Below are positions 1 through 8,084 of a stretch of DNA of 27,742 bases, one piece after another (the stretch's first letter is position 1; each line of letters begins with the position of its first letter). The notes beneath the pieces are model-generated. The model had not been told where the DNA came from and made no database searches. It worked only from the letters and a program-made list of their open reading frames with translations. Origin of the DNA: a virus; UHGV virus genome UHGV-0038079; one strand, written 5' to 3'. A program made the translations under genes and the position numbers.

Positions 1-503
1 TCAGAAATATCAGCTCCATTAGCCGATTTCTGCATAGCTCCGGAGGCTTTATTTATCGTTTCTCCCAAACCAAGGTATGTGAGAATGTCAGCAATAGTCT
101 TTTTCCCGATAATGTCACGGCCAACAGAAGTCAAATCAGTCTGCGCAGCTGTATCATTTCCAGTGAAATACGGGAGTTTATTTGCACCGGTTTCCAGCCC
201 AGCTAATGCCGTCAGCGTGGCATCAAGGGCCTGGAAATCCTTCCCAAAAGCGGTTCCCATTTTGGAGATAAACCCGTTCAGGTCACCATCATCAAGCACG
301 TCCAGCCCACTTTTGTTGGCTGTATACTGCGCAAGCGCTGCCGCAATAAAGCTGGCCTGTCGAATAACCTTATTGACTTGCGCACTGGATGCTTTCCCTG
401 CTGTAAATCCGGATAAAAGCGCAGGCAACGCTTCCCATTCCTCCTGCGACATAACATTGGCATTTCGATCCGTTGCAAACGCTTTAAAGTCATTTTTCGC
501 CAT
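1..503 (-). CDS. Tail fibre protein, N-terminal part (3' end lies beyond window start)
   Basis: ATG at 503..501 overlaps the stop of the upstream gene (ATGA). Frame stays open to position 1, so it is missing from the ORF track. Translation MAKNDFKAFATDRNANVMSQEEW...DATLTALAGLETGANKLPYFTGNDTAAQTDLTSVGRDIIGKKTIADILTYLGLGE carries the conserved motif of the P2 gpH / lambda Stf tail-fibre family. Confidence 0.75.
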   Translation of the reverse strand, partial: MAKNDFKAFATDRNANVMSQEEWEALPALLSGFTAGKASSAQVNKVIRQASFIAAALAQYTANKSGLDVLDDGDLNGFISKMGTAFGKDFQALDATLTALAGLETGANKLPYFTGNDTAAQTDLTSVGRDIIGKKTIADILTYLGLGETINKASGAMQKSANGADIS

Positions 504-1183
504 CAGAGTAATACTCCCCATGCTCCTACATCAAAACCACTGATGAATTCGTTATCCATATCAAAACCAAAAAATTTTGAACCTTCCGATGGGGTTTCCA
601 CAGAAGGTGTTTCAATGCCACCCGCCCATACCCCGGCGGCTTTTACTGTGAGATACCCCTGTTTAATTGCCGCAATTAACTCACGCGATACATCTGAAAT
701 ATCAGTATCAGGAAAGACCCAGACCGATATCGTCATGTCCTGGTTATCGACTATCTGCATTCGTAGCCCGGATCCTGCTGTTGCCGCATCAAGAATTGCC
801 GGAAGCGAATCATTCCGTCCGTCCCAGTTATTAATCGCAATCTTCGCTTTAAGAATGACACGATAAGTTTCATCGCTGAGATACATGTATCCTGAATCAG
901 GATCGTATGGTCCCTGCCATACACCCTGATCATATCCAAGCCCGTCGGTATCCCAGCTGAAATAGACACCTGAGATAGGCTGGCTGACAACACGGCTACG
1001 TCCGATCCACAATCCCAGAATGTCAAGTTGCACACCAACCGCAGAGTCAATATCAAATGCAGTAATCAGCCCTCTGGTGGCAGCCGCAACATCAATAAGC
1101 GGCCGGGTCATCAGATCAACATGTGCAAGAAATTTAGGTTTGGTGGCGTGGTAGTTCGTGATTAGTTCGGTGTATTTGCTCAT
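503..1183 (-). CDS. Baseplate/tail protein (Mu gp48 / P2 gpI-like position), 226 aa
   Basis: ORF track; sits between a J-like baseplate gene and the tail-fibre gene; 4-nt overlap with the upstream gene. Confidence 0.5.
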   Translation of the reverse strand: MSKYTELITNYHATKPKFLAHVDLMTRPLIDVAAATRGLITAFDIDSAVGVQLDILGLWIGRSRVVSQPISGVYFSWDTDGLGYDQGVWQGPYDPDSGYMYLSDETYRVILKAKIAINNWDGRNDSLPAILDAATAGSGLRMQIVDNQDMTISVWVFPDTDISDVSRELIAAIKQGYLTVKAAGVWAGGIETPSVETPSEGSKFFGFDMDNEFISGFDVGAWGVLL

Positions 1184-2379
1184 GACTCCACCGTTATAAC
1201 GATATTTTCCGGGGTACAGGACGCAGATTCGTTGTATCTGATATCAATGTTTGATGACGACAAAGCCCCCGGGGATTTACCAATCGTCAGTTCCTGAATA
1301 TCGTAATAGCGTGCATTCCCGCCACTCACCACGCCAAGATTCGCCGGTGAGTAAATGCGACTTAAAAGGACCGAATCACCAATCATCAGACTATTGATAT
1401 AGTCGGAAATAGCCTGCTGGATCTGCTGCCCTATCTGTGAGGTATAACCCGTAAAAACTTTTAATTTAATCCGGGCATAAACAGGCACATCACTGGAACG
1501 CGAGAATTTGATTACATGGGGATTGCCGTATTTATCCGGAACCGTAACGGATGTTGTACCGTGAGTGGCTGTCCCCTGGCCTTTATTCCCTCTGATAGCC
1601 TGAGCAATATCCGTCACATCACCACCATCCACAATTACAGCAACAGAGTGTGGCGGCAACCCGTTACCGTCCTCCGAACCAGTATCGTTTTCATAGAGTT
1701 TGTGGCGGGTTACACCGGCAACATTAGAAACAGCACCATCCAGTGCTTCAAATGGGGTTATTGATGGCAACGCAACACTGTGTGACTGGCGGATACGTAA
1801 CTCAGCATCAGTTTCTGCCGGAGAGCCAACAGTAGCCGCAGCAGGATTAGTTACCGAAACCCAGCCACGGGTTGGCGTATTAATTTCAGTGATTGTTCCA
1901 GCCAGCGCCGCCACTGCACCACTGACGGAACATGTTGCGGTCGCCATCACTGTACCATCCACGCCGACCACCACTGAAGCAGGCAAACGCCATATCACAT
2001 TATTACTGTCTTTCACGCTGCCATTAATGATGGTTGTTCCGGCAGTTCCTGTAAGAAGCAAATCAACCGTAGAGTTCGTCGCGCCTTTACGTGAAATACC
2101 ATTTATTTTCACGTTACTGGTCAGTGCAGCCCCATAGCCGGTTGCCGGTGAAAAACAGTTGTAGACAGTTATCGCCATATTATTGGCATCATGAATCGCC
2201 AGCGCCATCAGAGCCACCATCTGGCCGTCTTTGCTGTCCGGTTCGAGGTAGGCATCACTGCCATAAATCTGCTGAAAATAGCTAATCAGGGTGCTGAGTA
2301 TCGTCTGATAATCAGGCGCACTGATCCCCTCTGCGGTTACCTTTGCAGATAAACCGAGAGAATCAAGGTTCAGAGCCAT
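1180..2379 (-). CDS. Baseplate wedge protein (gpJ / Mu gp47-like), 399 aa
   Basis: ORF track; size and position in the conserved spike-W-J-I-fibre order. Confidence 0.55.
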   Translation of the reverse strand: MALNLDSLGLSAKVTAEGISAPDYQTILSTLISYFQQIYGSDAYLEPDSKDGQMVALMALAIHDANNMAITVYNCFSPATGYGAALTSNVKINGISRKGATNSTVDLLLTGTAGTTIINGSVKDSNNVIWRLPASVVVGVDGTVMATATCSVSGAVAALAGTITEINTPTRGWVSVTNPAAATVGSPAETDAELRIRQSHSVALPSITPFEALDGAVSNVAGVTRHKLYENDTGSEDGNGLPPHSVAVIVDGGDVTDIAQAIRGNKGQGTATHGTTSVTVPDKYGNPHVIKFSRSSDVPVYARIKLKVFTGYTSQIGQQIQQAISDYINSLMIGDSVLLSRIYSPANLGVVSGGNARYYDIQELTIGKSPGALSSSNIDIRYNESASCTPENIVITVES

Positions 2380-2732
2380 TACGCCTCCGATGTAACAGTC
2401 GTTATTCCATAGAGAGTGTCGATTTCAGCGGAAAACATGACACGTCGGGTCGTTGTATCCACCGTCGTATTGAAAGAGAGGATTGATTTAACGCCCCGCG
2501 TTTCGAGGATGCGCTTACGGATCGCCAAGTTGTAGGTTTCCGGCTTCTGCTTACCGAGTACGGACTGGATCCACGGAGTCCCCTCAGTGGTGTCGAGAAA
2601 CCATTGCCCATACCACAATTCGAATCGCGTTTTTACCGCCTGCGCCACGGCCTCCGGTGAGTTAATCAGCCAGGTGTCATCACCGCTGCCAAAAGTGTAA
2701 TCGCCATCGGCGTCTTCACGTCTGTATCGCAT
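2379..2732 (-). CDS. Small baseplate protein (gpW / Mu gp46-like position), 117 aa
   Basis: ORF track; start overlaps the stop of the spike gene; conserved position. Confidence 0.45.
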   Translation of the reverse strand: MRYRREDADGDYTFGSGDDTWLINSPEAVAQAVKTRFELWYGQWFLDTTEGTPWIQSVLGKQKPETYNLAIRKRILETRGVKSILSFNTTVDTTTRRVMFSAEIDTLYGITTVTSEA

Positions 2733-3484
2733 CAGTTTACTCCGTCGGTATTGCTTCCACCGCGCTGAACACCACCATGAGTGTGCGTATCATCGATTGG
2801 CTTGCCGTTAGCCTTAACGCTCCCCAAGAACTCAACAGCACCAGTGATTTTTGAAGCCACACCAGAAACAACAGACCCCACCATGCCCCCCATCCAGGTT
2901 AACAGGCCATGAATGGTTACTTTCTCAGAAAAATCAGCCAGAGGGGCAACCACATCAAGACCACCCGGAGCGACAATTTTAATTTTCCTGGTATCAGGAT
3001 TAAGCTCAAAATAGGTGCTGCCGTCGTCACTACGCAACTGTGTGGCACTGGTATTAATACCGCTAATCTTCCTCGCCTGCGACTGGGGACCGGCAATACA
3101 AAACGCATCCGATAAATCATGCATTCTGTCATCGACCGGCTCCTGTATCCCACCGCTCTGCCACCAGAAATCAATACAACGATCGGCAAAAACGACAAGA
3201 CACTCATCCCCGGCTTTAACCGGAAAAGTCAACGTACAGCCTCCGCCGCGCGGGAATACCACTGGTACATCCACCAGCAGGGGTAATGTCGTCGACTGGT
3301 TGATTCCATTTGAGTCCGGCTCATAGCCTTTAATCGCAGGTTGAACAACCACTGTTACCGCGTCCGGATCAAATGACTGGACGATGCCGGGCATAGAAAC
3401 ACGCAGCGCCGACATGACAGAGCCAGCAAGTCTTACATCGGCCTGTTCTTTGTTACCAAGTTGAGCGCTTAAAGAAACTGGCAT
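2732..3484 (-). CDS. Baseplate central spike protein (P2 gpV / Mu gp45-like), 250 aa
   Basis: C-terminus KANGKPIDDTHTHGG resembles the gpV C-terminal tip and contains an HxH motif; RBS GGAGA upstream of ATG 3484. Confidence 0.6.
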   Translation of the reverse strand: MPVSLSAQLGNKEQADVRLAGSVMSALRVSMPGIVQSFDPDAVTVVVQPAIKGYEPDSNGINQSTTLPLLVDVPVVFPRGGGCTLTFPVKAGDECLVVFADRCIDFWWQSGGIQEPVDDRMHDLSDAFCIAGPQSQARKISGINTSATQLRSDDGSTYFELNPDTRKIKIVAPGGLDVVAPLADFSEKVTIHGLLTWMGGMVGSVVSGVASKITGAVEFLGSVKANGKPIDDTHTHGGVQRGGSNTDGVN

Positions 3485-3501
3485 TCATATGTCTCCAGAA
3501 A

Positions 3502-3527
3502 GTAAAAAACCCAACCGAAGCTGGGTT
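3502..3527 (-). terminator. Intrinsic terminator downstream of ant
   Basis: Minus-strand AACCCAGC-TTCG-GTTGGGTT stem (8 bp with one G-U, UUCG tetraloop) followed by TTTTTT. Confidence 0.55.
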
Positions 3528-3544
3528 GTCGCGTTGGTTATCTG

Positions 3545-4459
3545 TCAGTAGTTATGTACTGAAGGAGGTAATTCTTTATTCTTAAGTCTCATCCATGCGG
3601 AAAGATTCGTTGGTCCGTCTGGCTCATTGATATCAACATCTCGTGTGTGATTGATTAAAACGTCTCTCGCCATTCCGATAACATACGAGAATTCATGACC
3701 GTAGTCGTAGCATCTGCCGGAATAGTTCGATTGAATTTGTTTTAATGCCGGATACAGTTCGCGGAATAATGCCTGTGAGCGGTTGGCATAATCCCATAAC
3801 CATACAAGGCTGTTTGCTTCTTTTGCAGAAAACTCGTTTACTTTCTTCTCTTGTTTGCCAATGAACTCACCTTCAAGTGGAACTCGAGCTGCAAGTGACA
3901 GTGCTTCTGTAAACTGCTCCTCACTGATTTCTTTGTACGAACAGCCAAAATGAGATTTCAGTGACGACCACATGGTGATCATCGCCTTCGCCTGTTTTTC
4001 TTTTGGCAGAGACTGACCGCGACTCATGACGAGTTGTTTAATAGCTTCCTGCTGTTCAGTGGTGATTTTACCAGGCAACGCCTTTTTAGCTTTCGGTGTA
4101 TTTCCGTAAGACCCCGTTTTACGAATGGATGGCAAAACTTCAGCTGTTACCCATTTGCGGAATTTGTGCGGGACTGAACCTTTATTGACGGCATCACGGC
4201 AGCGCAGAACCAATGTATACATACCTGATTCGCTCACAATGCTTAAATTCTGCTCACCACCAAGGGTGTAACTTAAAGTTACTCCCTTCTCATCGTCATC
4301 AAGTGCAGTAAGCGCCTTGCGTGAGTTAGTCAGGGCTAAAGCATCACAAACATCTTTTGCTACAAACCACGGCTCGCCGCACTTGTTGATGACGCGGATT
4401 TCACTGTCGCCGAATTTGAAGATGGTGAAATCGTTTTGTGCCTTTGCTATACTTTTCAT
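3545..4459 (-). CDS. ant: Antirepressor Ant (P22 immI Ant-like), 304 aa
   Basis: Antirepressor-like N-terminal domain ([33 protein letters not shown]); lies directly downstream of an Arc-like gene, as in P22 immI. Confidence 0.75.
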   Translation of the reverse strand: MKSIAKAQNDFTIFKFGDSEIRVINKCGEPWFVAKDVCDALALTNSRKALTALDDDEKGVTLSYTLGGEQNLSIVSESGMYTLVLRCRDAVNKGSVPHKFRKWVTAEVLPSIRKTGSYGNTPKAKKALPGKITTEQQEAIKQLVMSRGQSLPKEKQAKAMITMWSSLKSHFGCSYKEISEEQFTEALSLAARVPLEGEFIGKQEKKVNEFSAKEANSLVWLWDYANRSQALFRELYPALKQIQSNYSGRCYDYGHEFSYVIGMARDVLINHTRDVDINEPDGPTNLSAWMRLKNKELPPSVHNY

Positions 4460-4532
4460 GTCAATATTTCCCGATCAGATTTGTTGATGTAGAAGCCTCG
4501 CCAGTTCCCGCTGTCGGGGCTTCGTTATTTTT
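4460..4532 (+). ncRNA. Predicted sar-like antisense RNA covering the ant start region and arc-ant spacer
   Basis: Plus-strand extended -10 TGcTATACT (4445..4453) just inside the ant 5' end; plus-strand hairpin GAAGCC...GGCTTC (4493..4523) followed by GTTATTTTT; same topology as P22 sar. Confidence 0.4.
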
Positions 4533-4692
4533 AGAGAGCATTCCGCATTTTCTCCCGGTACTTCAACCACCAAGCTAATCCTTGAACCAACACTGAGTTT
4601 TCTGACATTCCCTCTTCCTCTGCAATGCGCTTAACTTCTTCCTTAAAGCGGTACGGGTAGCGAAGAGTTGTCTTTACTTCATTCTTTTCCAT
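4531..4692 (-). CDS. arc: Arc-like ribbon-helix-helix repressor, 53 aa (below the ORF-track size cutoff)
   Basis: Hand translation MEKNEVKTTLRYPYRFKEEVKRIAEEEGMSENSVLVQGLAWWLKYREKMRNAL; same length and RHH pattern as P22 Arc (LRWPREV...ENGRSVNSEIYQRV). Confidence 0.7.
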   Translation of the reverse strand: MEKNEVKTTLRYPYRFKEEVKRIAEEEGMSENSVLVQGLAWWLKYREKMRNAL

Positions 4693-4799
4693 GCTGTCTC
4701 CTTATTTCACAATGAAGGCAAATTGCCTTTAGAGTCAATTTACCATGATTGCACATGAAGTCAAGTTGCCTCTACAATGATTTTTATTTGAGGTGAGTT
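4693..4799. promoter_or_regulatory. Divergent promoter/operator region (Pant-like leftward, Pmnt-like rightward)
   Basis: Plus-strand -35 TTGCAC (4749..4754), 18-bp spacer, -10 TACAAT (4773..4778), SD GAGGTGAG before mnt ATG 4800; minus-strand -35 TTGACT; perfect 15-bp palindrome AAGGCAAATTGCCTT at 4715..4729. Confidence 0.5.
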
Positions 4800-5123
4800 A
4801 TGTCAGAAAAATTTCCCAGCCAAATGCAAGACAAGTTCACCGTGAGGTTTCCTGACGGATTGCGCGATGCTATAGCTGAACGAGCTAAACGTAATGGCAG
4901 ATCAATGAACTCAGAGATTGTGCAGATACTGGAAGATGCCTTGAATGCAGAAAATACTCTTGGGGAAATAGCAGATAAAATTAACAGCGTCTCGGTTCCG
5001 CTAAATGTTGATGCGCTAGTTCAACTTCAAGCCCAGGTTATCGCCATGCAAAAAGAAATACAGGAAAAGTTCAGAGAGCAGAACGAAAAGTTGAGAGAAC
5101 TGCTAAACAAAAAACCCACCTGA
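4800..5123 (+). CDS. mnt: Mnt-like ribbon-helix-helix repressor, 107 aa
   Basis: N-terminus FTVRFPDGLRDAIAERAKRNGRSMNSEIVQILEDAL matches the Arc/Mnt fold motif (P22 Mnt ...ANGRSMNSELLQIVQDAL); divergent from arc. Confidence 0.75.
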   Translation: MSEKFPSQMQDKFTVRFPDGLRDAIAERAKRNGRSMNSEIVQILEDALNAENTLGEIADKINSVSVPLNVDALVQLQAQVIAMQKEIQEKFREQNEKLRELLNKKPT

Positions 5124-5132
5124 CGGTGGGTT
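5104..5132 (-). terminator. Intrinsic terminator downstream of the secreted-protein gene (overlaps the mnt stop codon)
   Basis: Minus-strand AACCCACC-GTCA-GGTGGGTT hairpin followed by TTTTTTGTTT. Confidence 0.5.
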
Positions 5133-5147
5133 ACGGAGAGGGCAAGA

Positions 5148-5483
5148 TCATTTAACCTTTCGGCAATCGTACGTCCAAAATTCCCGAGGCTCGTCCATAT
5201 TTTTGCGGATAACTTCAACGTTGAGGATCGCTTTTTTGTTTCGTTTGATGTAGTCCATACCTAACCAACGTCCAGTATTAGGATCAGGTAACATCCATTG
5301 CATCATGACGTTATCGAAATCGTCTTTTTGTTTCAAAAAGGTCATTTTTTGTGTTTCTGGCTTTTGACCATTGATGTGCATGAGGCCATCATTACCAGCA
5401 TCAAAGCGGAATGGTCCGCACTGCGTTGCCGCCGAAACGGTTAACGGCAGGGCCAAGAATAAACAAAAAAATACTTTTTTCAC
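5148..5483 (-). CDS. Small secreted protein of unknown function, 111 aa (GTG start)
   Basis: N-terminal signal peptide MKKVFFCLFLALPLTVSA-ATQ; SD GGAG 9 nt upstream of GTG; start overlaps the stop of the upstream baseplate gene; own terminator. Confidence 0.6.
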   Translation of the reverse strand: MKKVFFCLFLALPLTVSAATQCGPFRFDAGNDGLMHINGQKPETQKMTFLKQKDDFDNVMMQWMLPDPNTGRWLGMDYIKRNKKAILNVEVIRKNMDEPREFWTYDCRKVK

Positions 5484-6514
5484 TCTACATCTCCGACTTT
5501 GTCCAAAGTGCCTTTTGCCAATAGTTCTTTGCCACCTTTAGCCAGGCAAAGCAGGTCCATATACCACGCCTGCCCTCGGGTGTCGCCAGTATAATCAATG
5601 CTGCCCACAATGTAATCACCGTCAGTACTAATACTGGCAGGCTGTGACATGCCTGGCAGACCGTTAACGTAGAGATTACCGTCGCTTTCAGACTCATCCA
5701 GTCGTGCTGGCGATTTCGCTACCTGGTCATTACTCAAAGAGGCACGGTATACAGATGCCTGATCCAGACGAATAAGCCCACCGAGCTTAATATTTGGATT
5801 AATCAGACATCTGACATTTACGCCAGCTCCCATCGTCTGCTGTGGCATACCGATAAGCCCGGTGTTAGCATTCAACACCGTAGCAACACCAATATATTTA
5901 TCTTCAGGAACAATATTTACCAGATTATTTTCATACCACCAGTTAGCCTTACACTGCCCTGCGATATGATTCATCAACCTTGATGTGTTTTGATAAACAA
6001 CGCGCCCCCGGGGAAATACCGTTTCAGGCATGTCAGGAACTGCGCCGGATTCGATGCCATATGGTTCGAATGATTTCATACCCAGACTGAAAAGATCTCT
6101 GTACTTCCAGCCAGCTGCCACTGTGGTTTTCACACTTGCGTTCAGGTGGCCTTCCCAGCTGTCAATACACTGCAACATGATCCAACTGTCTGTGGCATTA
6201 TCTTTACCAGTGACAGTAAAACGGATATCTCCATTGAATATCATGCCAACGTTTTCATCAGGATAATTACCTGCTACATCCGGTTGCCCCTTGTATCCGG
6301 CAATAACCTGTATACGCGAAAACTCCTTCTGCATAATCCGGTTCTGAGTGGTAGGAGACAGGTTATAAACCTTAAAATTTCCAACGAATCCATTAAATAT
6401 GGTCGCAGGCATTTTCTGAATATTGAAAGTGACTTTAAGCTCAGAAATTTTTATCCCGTCGCCCTTATCATCAACAAGCAATAATTCAAAGTGACGCATC
6501 CAGTTTTTCGACAT
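5480..6514 (-). CDS. Baseplate hub-like tail protein, 344 aa
   Basis: ORF track; position between tape-measure-proximal genes and the spike; assignment by synteny only. Confidence 0.45.
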   Translation of the reverse strand: MSKNWMRHFELLLVDDKGDGIKISELKVTFNIQKMPATIFNGFVGNFKVYNLSPTTQNRIMQKEFSRIQVIAGYKGQPDVAGNYPDENVGMIFNGDIRFTVTGKDNATDSWIMLQCIDSWEGHLNASVKTTVAAGWKYRDLFSLGMKSFEPYGIESGAVPDMPETVFPRGRVVYQNTSRLMNHIAGQCKANWWYENNLVNIVPEDKYIGVATVLNANTGLIGMPQQTMGAGVNVRCLINPNIKLGGLIRLDQASVYRASLSNDQVAKSPARLDESESDGNLYVNGLPGMSQPASISTDGDYIVGSIDYTGDTRGQAWYMDLLCLAKGGKELLAKGTLDKVGDVE

Positions 6515-6516
6515 TG

Positions 6517-6819
6517 TTACTCCGTGAAAACATAGAGGTGTGAGAGCGTTCCAAGATCGAATTGCGTCGGGTTTTCCTGCCCTGCCACGTCGCAGAGTAC
6601 CACCAGCGAAAACCCGAGATTCATATATCGATACTGCGCCAGCAGGTCAGCCCCCGTAATCATCGGAATGCCTGAGATAATGGCGGAACCATTGCTGTCA
6701 GCAAGATCCAGAACCCAGTACTCTCCGCGCCAGATGACAGACAGTTGATAAACCGTACCGTTAATTGTGGTGGCAAAAGTCTGATTATCAGCCACCAGTG
6801 GGATTTCTACGGCCTCCAT
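6517..6819 (-). CDS. Tail/baseplate protein, 100 aa
   Basis: ORF track; tightly packed in the tail operon. Confidence 0.4.
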   Translation of the reverse strand: MEAVEIPLVADNQTFATTINGTVYQLSVIWRGEYWVLDLADSNGSAIISGIPMITGADLLAQYRYMNLGFSLVVLCDVAGQENPTQFDLGTLSHLYVFTE

Positions 6820-6822
6820 GAA

Positions 6823-7473
6823 TCACCTTCCCAGAAATAAATTGCTCAGATACCCATCAACAGTGGAGATACCTTCTTGCGCCATCTGTGGCAGCGATTT
6901 CAGAATGGAATTATTCGGCGGCACCGTTGTTTTGGTGCCTGTATTCTGCACAGCAGACGTTCCGACCCCCTCGGTCATATTGTTTTTCGAGGCAACCCTG
7001 ATTGACTGCGTGGAGGTAATAATCACCTCCCTGAGGGTAAGGGTCGCCAGAAGCACATTCTCACTACTCTTGTCAGTCGTCACCTCCAGCGTTTTTATCA
7101 ACATATTGTTGTAAATACGCTTGCCGGTTGTCACATCGAAAGGAATACGATCCCGCTGCAGATTAAGCAACTCCTGATACAGTTCTTTCGGGCTCAGACC
7201 CAGTAAACTGGTAGCCGTCAGGTTACTGGCAAAATCAAGCAGCGATCCGCCTCCGGAAAAACCGGTTTCCATCACAACCTCAGAAGGCCGCCTGAATGCG
7301 TGTTCTGATATATAACCAGCGCCCTCACCACTGGCACCAGCATTCGTGGGCTGTTCAACCGGATGTTCCGTAATTTCCAGGGCGTCAGTGTGCTTTTCGG
7401 TAATAACCACATCAGGAATAATGATTCCTATTGAGCGGGTTCGCTGCTGCAGTAAAACAGATAAAAAGTCCAT
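6823..7473 (-). CDS. Tail/baseplate protein, 216 aa
   Basis: ORF track; start overlaps the stop of the upstream gene. Confidence 0.4.
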   Translation of the reverse strand: MDFLSVLLQQRTRSIGIIIPDVVITEKHTDALEITEHPVEQPTNAGASGEGAGYISEHAFRRPSEVVMETGFSGGGSLLDFASNLTATSLLGLSPKELYQELLNLQRDRIPFDVTTGKRIYNNMLIKTLEVTTDKSSENVLLATLTLREVIITSTQSIRVASKNNMTEGVGTSAVQNTGTKTTVPPNNSILKSLPQMAQEGISTVDGYLSNLFLGR

Positions 7474-8084
7474 TACGCAGGTCCTTTCAATTGCTGTACC
7501 GCCCTGGCATTTACAGCCCCCTGCTTGTCAGCGATCAGATTAGCCGCCTCCTGAGGGTTGTTAACTCCATGAACATTTATAACAGTCTGCTGGTTAAGGC
7601 TGCCAGCGGCGGCCTGATACGCCAGCGGGCTGTTCCAGTTTGAATAACCTTCTTTGCGCGCCATCGACTGCATCAATGCTCCCATAGTCTGGGGATCTGT
7701 AAGATTCAATATTGCATTCGGTGATACTCCCATCCATTTCGCAACATCCTGTGCATACTTTTTCGGATCGTTGTTATCACCTGCCGGGGCCCAGGTACTG
7801 ACAATATCCTGAATAGTCTGTAATGCCCGTCCGGTTGTTTTCCCGGTAAAGTAACGCATGAGTTGGTTTTTCATCGCCTCCCAGCCCTCAAGAGCTGATT
7901 CGAAAAACCGGAACCCTTTACCGCTCACCGGGCGAATGTTCCCGGGGTTATTGTTGCGATCAGCAAGAGTACCGCCGCCGGGGATGTCTGCCTGGACGTT
8001 GGAGCCATGCACTACACCGTTACTCTGTCCCTGCCGGATAACTTTACCGGGTCCCCGTGCAACCAGTCCATCCACGCAGGCCAT
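7473..8084 (-). CDS. Tail protein downstream of tape measure, 203 aa
   Basis: ORF track; GAGG SD 9 nt upstream of ATG 8084; 5' end overlaps the tape-measure 3' end by 73 nt. Confidence 0.4.
   Translation of the reverse strand: MACVDGLVARGPGKVIRQGQSNGVVHGSNVQADIPGGGTLADRNNNPGNIRPVSGKGFRFFESALEGWEAMKNQLMRYFTGKTTGRALQTIQDIVSTWAPAGDNNDPKKYAQDVAKWMGVSPNAILNLTDPQTMGALMQSMARKEGYSNWNSPLAYQAAAGSLNQQTVINVHGVNNPQEAANLIADKQGAVNARAVQQLKGPA

Noticed and set aside
278-493. 71-aa minus-strand ORF
   Set aside because: Out-of-frame ORF inside the tail-fibre coding region; the real frame is the one starting at 503..501
79-543. 154-aa plus-strand ORF at the window start
   Set aside because: Antisense to the tail-fibre gene, which has a conserved fibre motif and a coupled start; Ser/Ala-rich shadow ORF without RBS
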